Below are positions 59,661-64,000 of a stretch of DNA of 64,000 bases, piece after piece. The first letter of the stretch is position 1. Every line of letters starts with the position of its first letter. The stretch spans positions 93,682,001-93,746,000 of the forward strand of contig OZ024740.1 of NCBI GenBank assembly GCA_964016885.1. The letters are read 5' to 3'. Made by a program: the position numbers and the translations under genes. The notes below the pieces were generated by a model that saw only the letters and a program-made list of their open reading frames with translations, was not told the origin of the DNA and made no database searches. The stretch is from Eledone cirrhosa. Lineage: Eukaryota.

Positions 59661-60990
59661 ATGATCATTAAAACGTCCCCAGATGTATGTAACAGCACGG
59701 AGGATCTCCTCAGCAGAATCGGCGTGAGTAACCGATCTGGGGACCTAACAAACTGCATAATAGGCAGTATGGATGTTGTGTCCCTGTATCCATCTATTGA
59801 CGTGGATTTTGCTGTGGAGAAATGCGTAGAAATGATCAGCGAGAGCAAGGTTGAGTTCCGTGGGATTGATACCAGTGAGCTGGGACTTCTACTTAAGCTT
59901 ACCTATAGTAATAGTTACCTAGACACATATGACCTTACCAACCTGTGCCCTACACGACCAGCAAGAGGCAGACCACCTACCATTACCTCAATGGCCAAGA
60001 AAACCCACACAGATAGATGGAACGGGTGGACCAGAGCCATACGGACACCCGAAAACCATGATGAACTGAAGAAAATGATTGCACATGCGGTAGGGGCCAG
60101 CATAAAACTAACCCTTAAGGAACATATGTTCAAATTTAATGGAAAAACATATGCCCAAGAGGAAGGAGCAGCCATTGGTGTTAGCATTGCAGGCGACATA
60201 GCTAACTTATTCATGGTATGGTGGGACAGTAGACTTAAACTTAAACTTAAATAACAATTAGAAGACAGCTTAACCCTGATAATGTACTCCCGCTACGTAG
60301 ATGATATAAACATCGTAGTTAAGAAACCCCCACTAGAGAACAGTCAGGAACTAGAGAAAAACACAATGGAAAGCATCCAGCAAATAGCAAACTCCATCCA
60401 CCCGAGCATTAGAGTTACTATAGACTACCCAATTAGACACCCCAACCATCGATTACCTGTACTAGACACAGAGCTCTGGTTCGATACCATTAACAACCAA
60501 AAACAAATCCTCCATTCTCATTATGCCAAACCCATGACTTCCAAACATATGATCCACCGAAACTCGGTCATTTCGGACCATACCAAAATCAACATACTGA
60601 TTGCGGATTTGGTACGGGTGATGAGAAATGTGTCCCGCATGTGCAACCCCGAAGAACTAGAGAGACACATACAACACTTCATCCACCGTATGAAGTTCTC
60701 TGGCTGCAATCAGAGAGATAGAATCAGAGTGTATAGAGGAGCCAGAACCAAATGGGAAAAAATGGTAAATAATGACATAAATGGGACCTGCCCCTTGTAT
60801 AGGAGCAAATTTTGGAATAGAATAGAAAGAACTAGGAACAAGGCTAATAGAATTAACTCATGGTATGATAGCAATAAATACCAGAGTGTAATGTTCATCG
60901 ATACAACCCCTAGAGGTGAACTAGCCTACAAATTTAGAAGGGCCGTAAGAGAACATAGAAATAAAAATAGAATCTACACACAGAAAAGAT
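59661..60990 (+). mobile_element. Penelope-like RT (fourth type) with a long insertion between motifs A and B'; one in-frame stop; truncated before EN
   Basis: GSMDVVSLYPSID...FKFNGKTYAQEEGAAIGVSIAGDIANLFM...YSRYVDDI...LPVLDTELW...HYAKPM...VMFIDTTPRGEL; ORFs 59661-60254 and 60282-61085 are in the same frame. Confidence 0.88.
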
Positions 60991-61299
60991 TTAGACAAAT
61001 TACAGAGGCAATAAACATAAAAGAATTACAACCAAAATTAAATAGAAAATATGAGTGGAACTGCAACATCACAACTTACAATTAAGGACAAAATGAAAAC
61101 ACACACACACATAGAACAAACAACCAACCAACAACATGTAAATAAATAAATAAATAAACAAATAGATAAATGAACATAAACACACACAGACACCCGGATG
61201 TGGCGCATGCGCAAACTGAGCACACAACACACACACAGAAACAAAATGGCGTAGGACAGAACAAAGGAGTGGCACGGAGACAAAGAAAGGAATCCCCAC

Positions 61300-61340
61300 T
61301 CACTGAAGAGGTCAAATAGTGTGTGACGAAATGACTATGA
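61300..61340 (+). ncRNA. Minimal type I hammerhead-like motif downstream of the PLE RT
   Basis: TCA-CTGAAGA-G-GTCA aatagtgtg TGAC-GAAA-TGAC-TA-TGA; stems I and II pair, stem III degenerate. Confidence 0.6.
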
Positions 61341-61945
61341 CTATATATAAACAACTATCTGTTTGTGGAACCAACCAACCAACCAGAAATTTATAAATTC
61401 GTAAATTTGTAAATTTATAAATATATAATAAATTGAAGTGAAAGCAACTGGTGCGTGTGTTTCTTATTGGCAACATGACCCTCCCAAATATAACAATATC
61501 GGTTTAAAAACACGATTTCAGATAAAGAATCTTGCTAAACAAATTCAGAGACGAAATATATATATAGATATATATATATATTGTTATACATGGGGAGGGT
61601 CATATTTGTGTAATGATATTGCCAGAATTAATAACAGAACACACTCACTGTTTGGTTGGTTTGACGATGTTGCAGATGTGCAACGAAATAACTTTGTTAG
61701 ACTATATATATGTGTTTCTGTCTATATTGTATTCGAATTTTTGATCCTTGGTCAGACAATCGTAACATTGAGGACCGAATAAATTAAATTAACCGGTATT
61801 AAATACAAAGAAGCCAAAACCAACCAAACATTAAGTGTGTTCTGTTATGAAGTCTGGCAATATTATTACACAAATATGACCCTACCCAAGTATAACAATA
61901 TTTGTTACGACACATAATTTCATATACAAAACCTCGCAAAATTAG

Positions 61946-63192
<1,247 letters not shown>

Positions 63193-63245
63193 AATAAACA
63201 TTTATTGTACTGCCTCTCTGTTATGTCTCTGTTCAAATTTTTCAT

Positions 63246-63277
<32 letters not shown>

Positions 63278-63289
63278 TTAATATATATA

Positions 63290-64000
63290 TCTAAGGCGGG
63301 TAAAATTCCCGAGATCCATGGACGAGTTCTCTCCAGAGGTCTCTGTCCCTCATTATCGCTGCCATGTCCTGCGTCTCCAACAGAAGTGTCTGTCCTTAGG
63401 GCATCAACATACGTTAACCTTGGTCATCATCTTCTAGTGTGTCCATGTAGGGGCTCCCAAAGGAGCACTGAGTGCAATGTCAAATCTGGATGTCGTTGAG
63501 CATATCCAGCTAACCTCAGTCTCCTCTGTGTCACTTTTGAGCAGACTTTTGGGATGCTCCCATACAGCTCTGAGTTGTTCATCCTCAGTGTATACTGATT
63601 TAATGTTCAGAGCCATCCTCAACATTGTCGTGTAGCACCCATCCACCATCTGAGTGAGTTTCTTGATCAGTGTCCAAGTCTCAGGCCCATACAGCAGCAC
63701 AGACTCCACTACATCAATGAAGAGGCGGACTTTCAAGACTCTACGAATGTCCGACATCCACACCGATCTCAAGCTGTGGCACGCAGCCCAGGCCTTGCTC
63801 TTCCTCTCAACCACATCATCTTCCGTATTCCCAATCTTTGCTCCCAATTACAGGAAGCCCTCAACCACTTCTAGCGGCTTCCCGCCTACATTAGTGATCC
63901 CCTCTGGCTTCTTAACATTCTCTACCAGATATTTTCTTTTAGTCTCATTCATTCTCAGCCCACACTCATCGACACAGTCTCAAACTCCCGCATCAAATCC
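63290..64000 (-). mobile_element. RTE-clade LINE 3' fragment (runs off right edge)
   Basis: RKSKAWAACHSLRSVW...KVRLF..VVESVLLYGPETWTL...VDGCYTTMLRMALNI. Confidence 0.85.

Overview
AT-rich eukaryotic (most likely octopod cephalopod, inferred from a Meta-SINE fragment and the repeat landscape) intergenic/intronic DNA with no convincing host gene. Almost all ORFs in the supplied track are artefacts of (TA)n/(CA)n microsatellites. The window is a transposon graveyard. It holds at least four distinct kinds of Penelope-like retroelement (PLE) fragments, three RTE-clade LINE families/copies, an R4/Dong-type RLE LINE, a Helitron helicase fragment, non-autonomous Helitrons, a pogo-type transposon, a rosa/maT-type Tc1-mariner deletion derivative and a SINE. 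The most striking hidden layer is non-coding. At least 7-8 unrelated short repeat families carry type I hammerhead-ribozyme (HHR) motifs, several with non-canonical cores (U3:A8 covariation, C at position 13, A at position 4, and a ~100-nt stem-loop II). They sit at (TA)n tracts as inverted pairs, and every pair I could orient is joined 5'-to-5' with both 3' ends pointing outward. All HHR calls are manual motif and base-pairing readings, not model searches.
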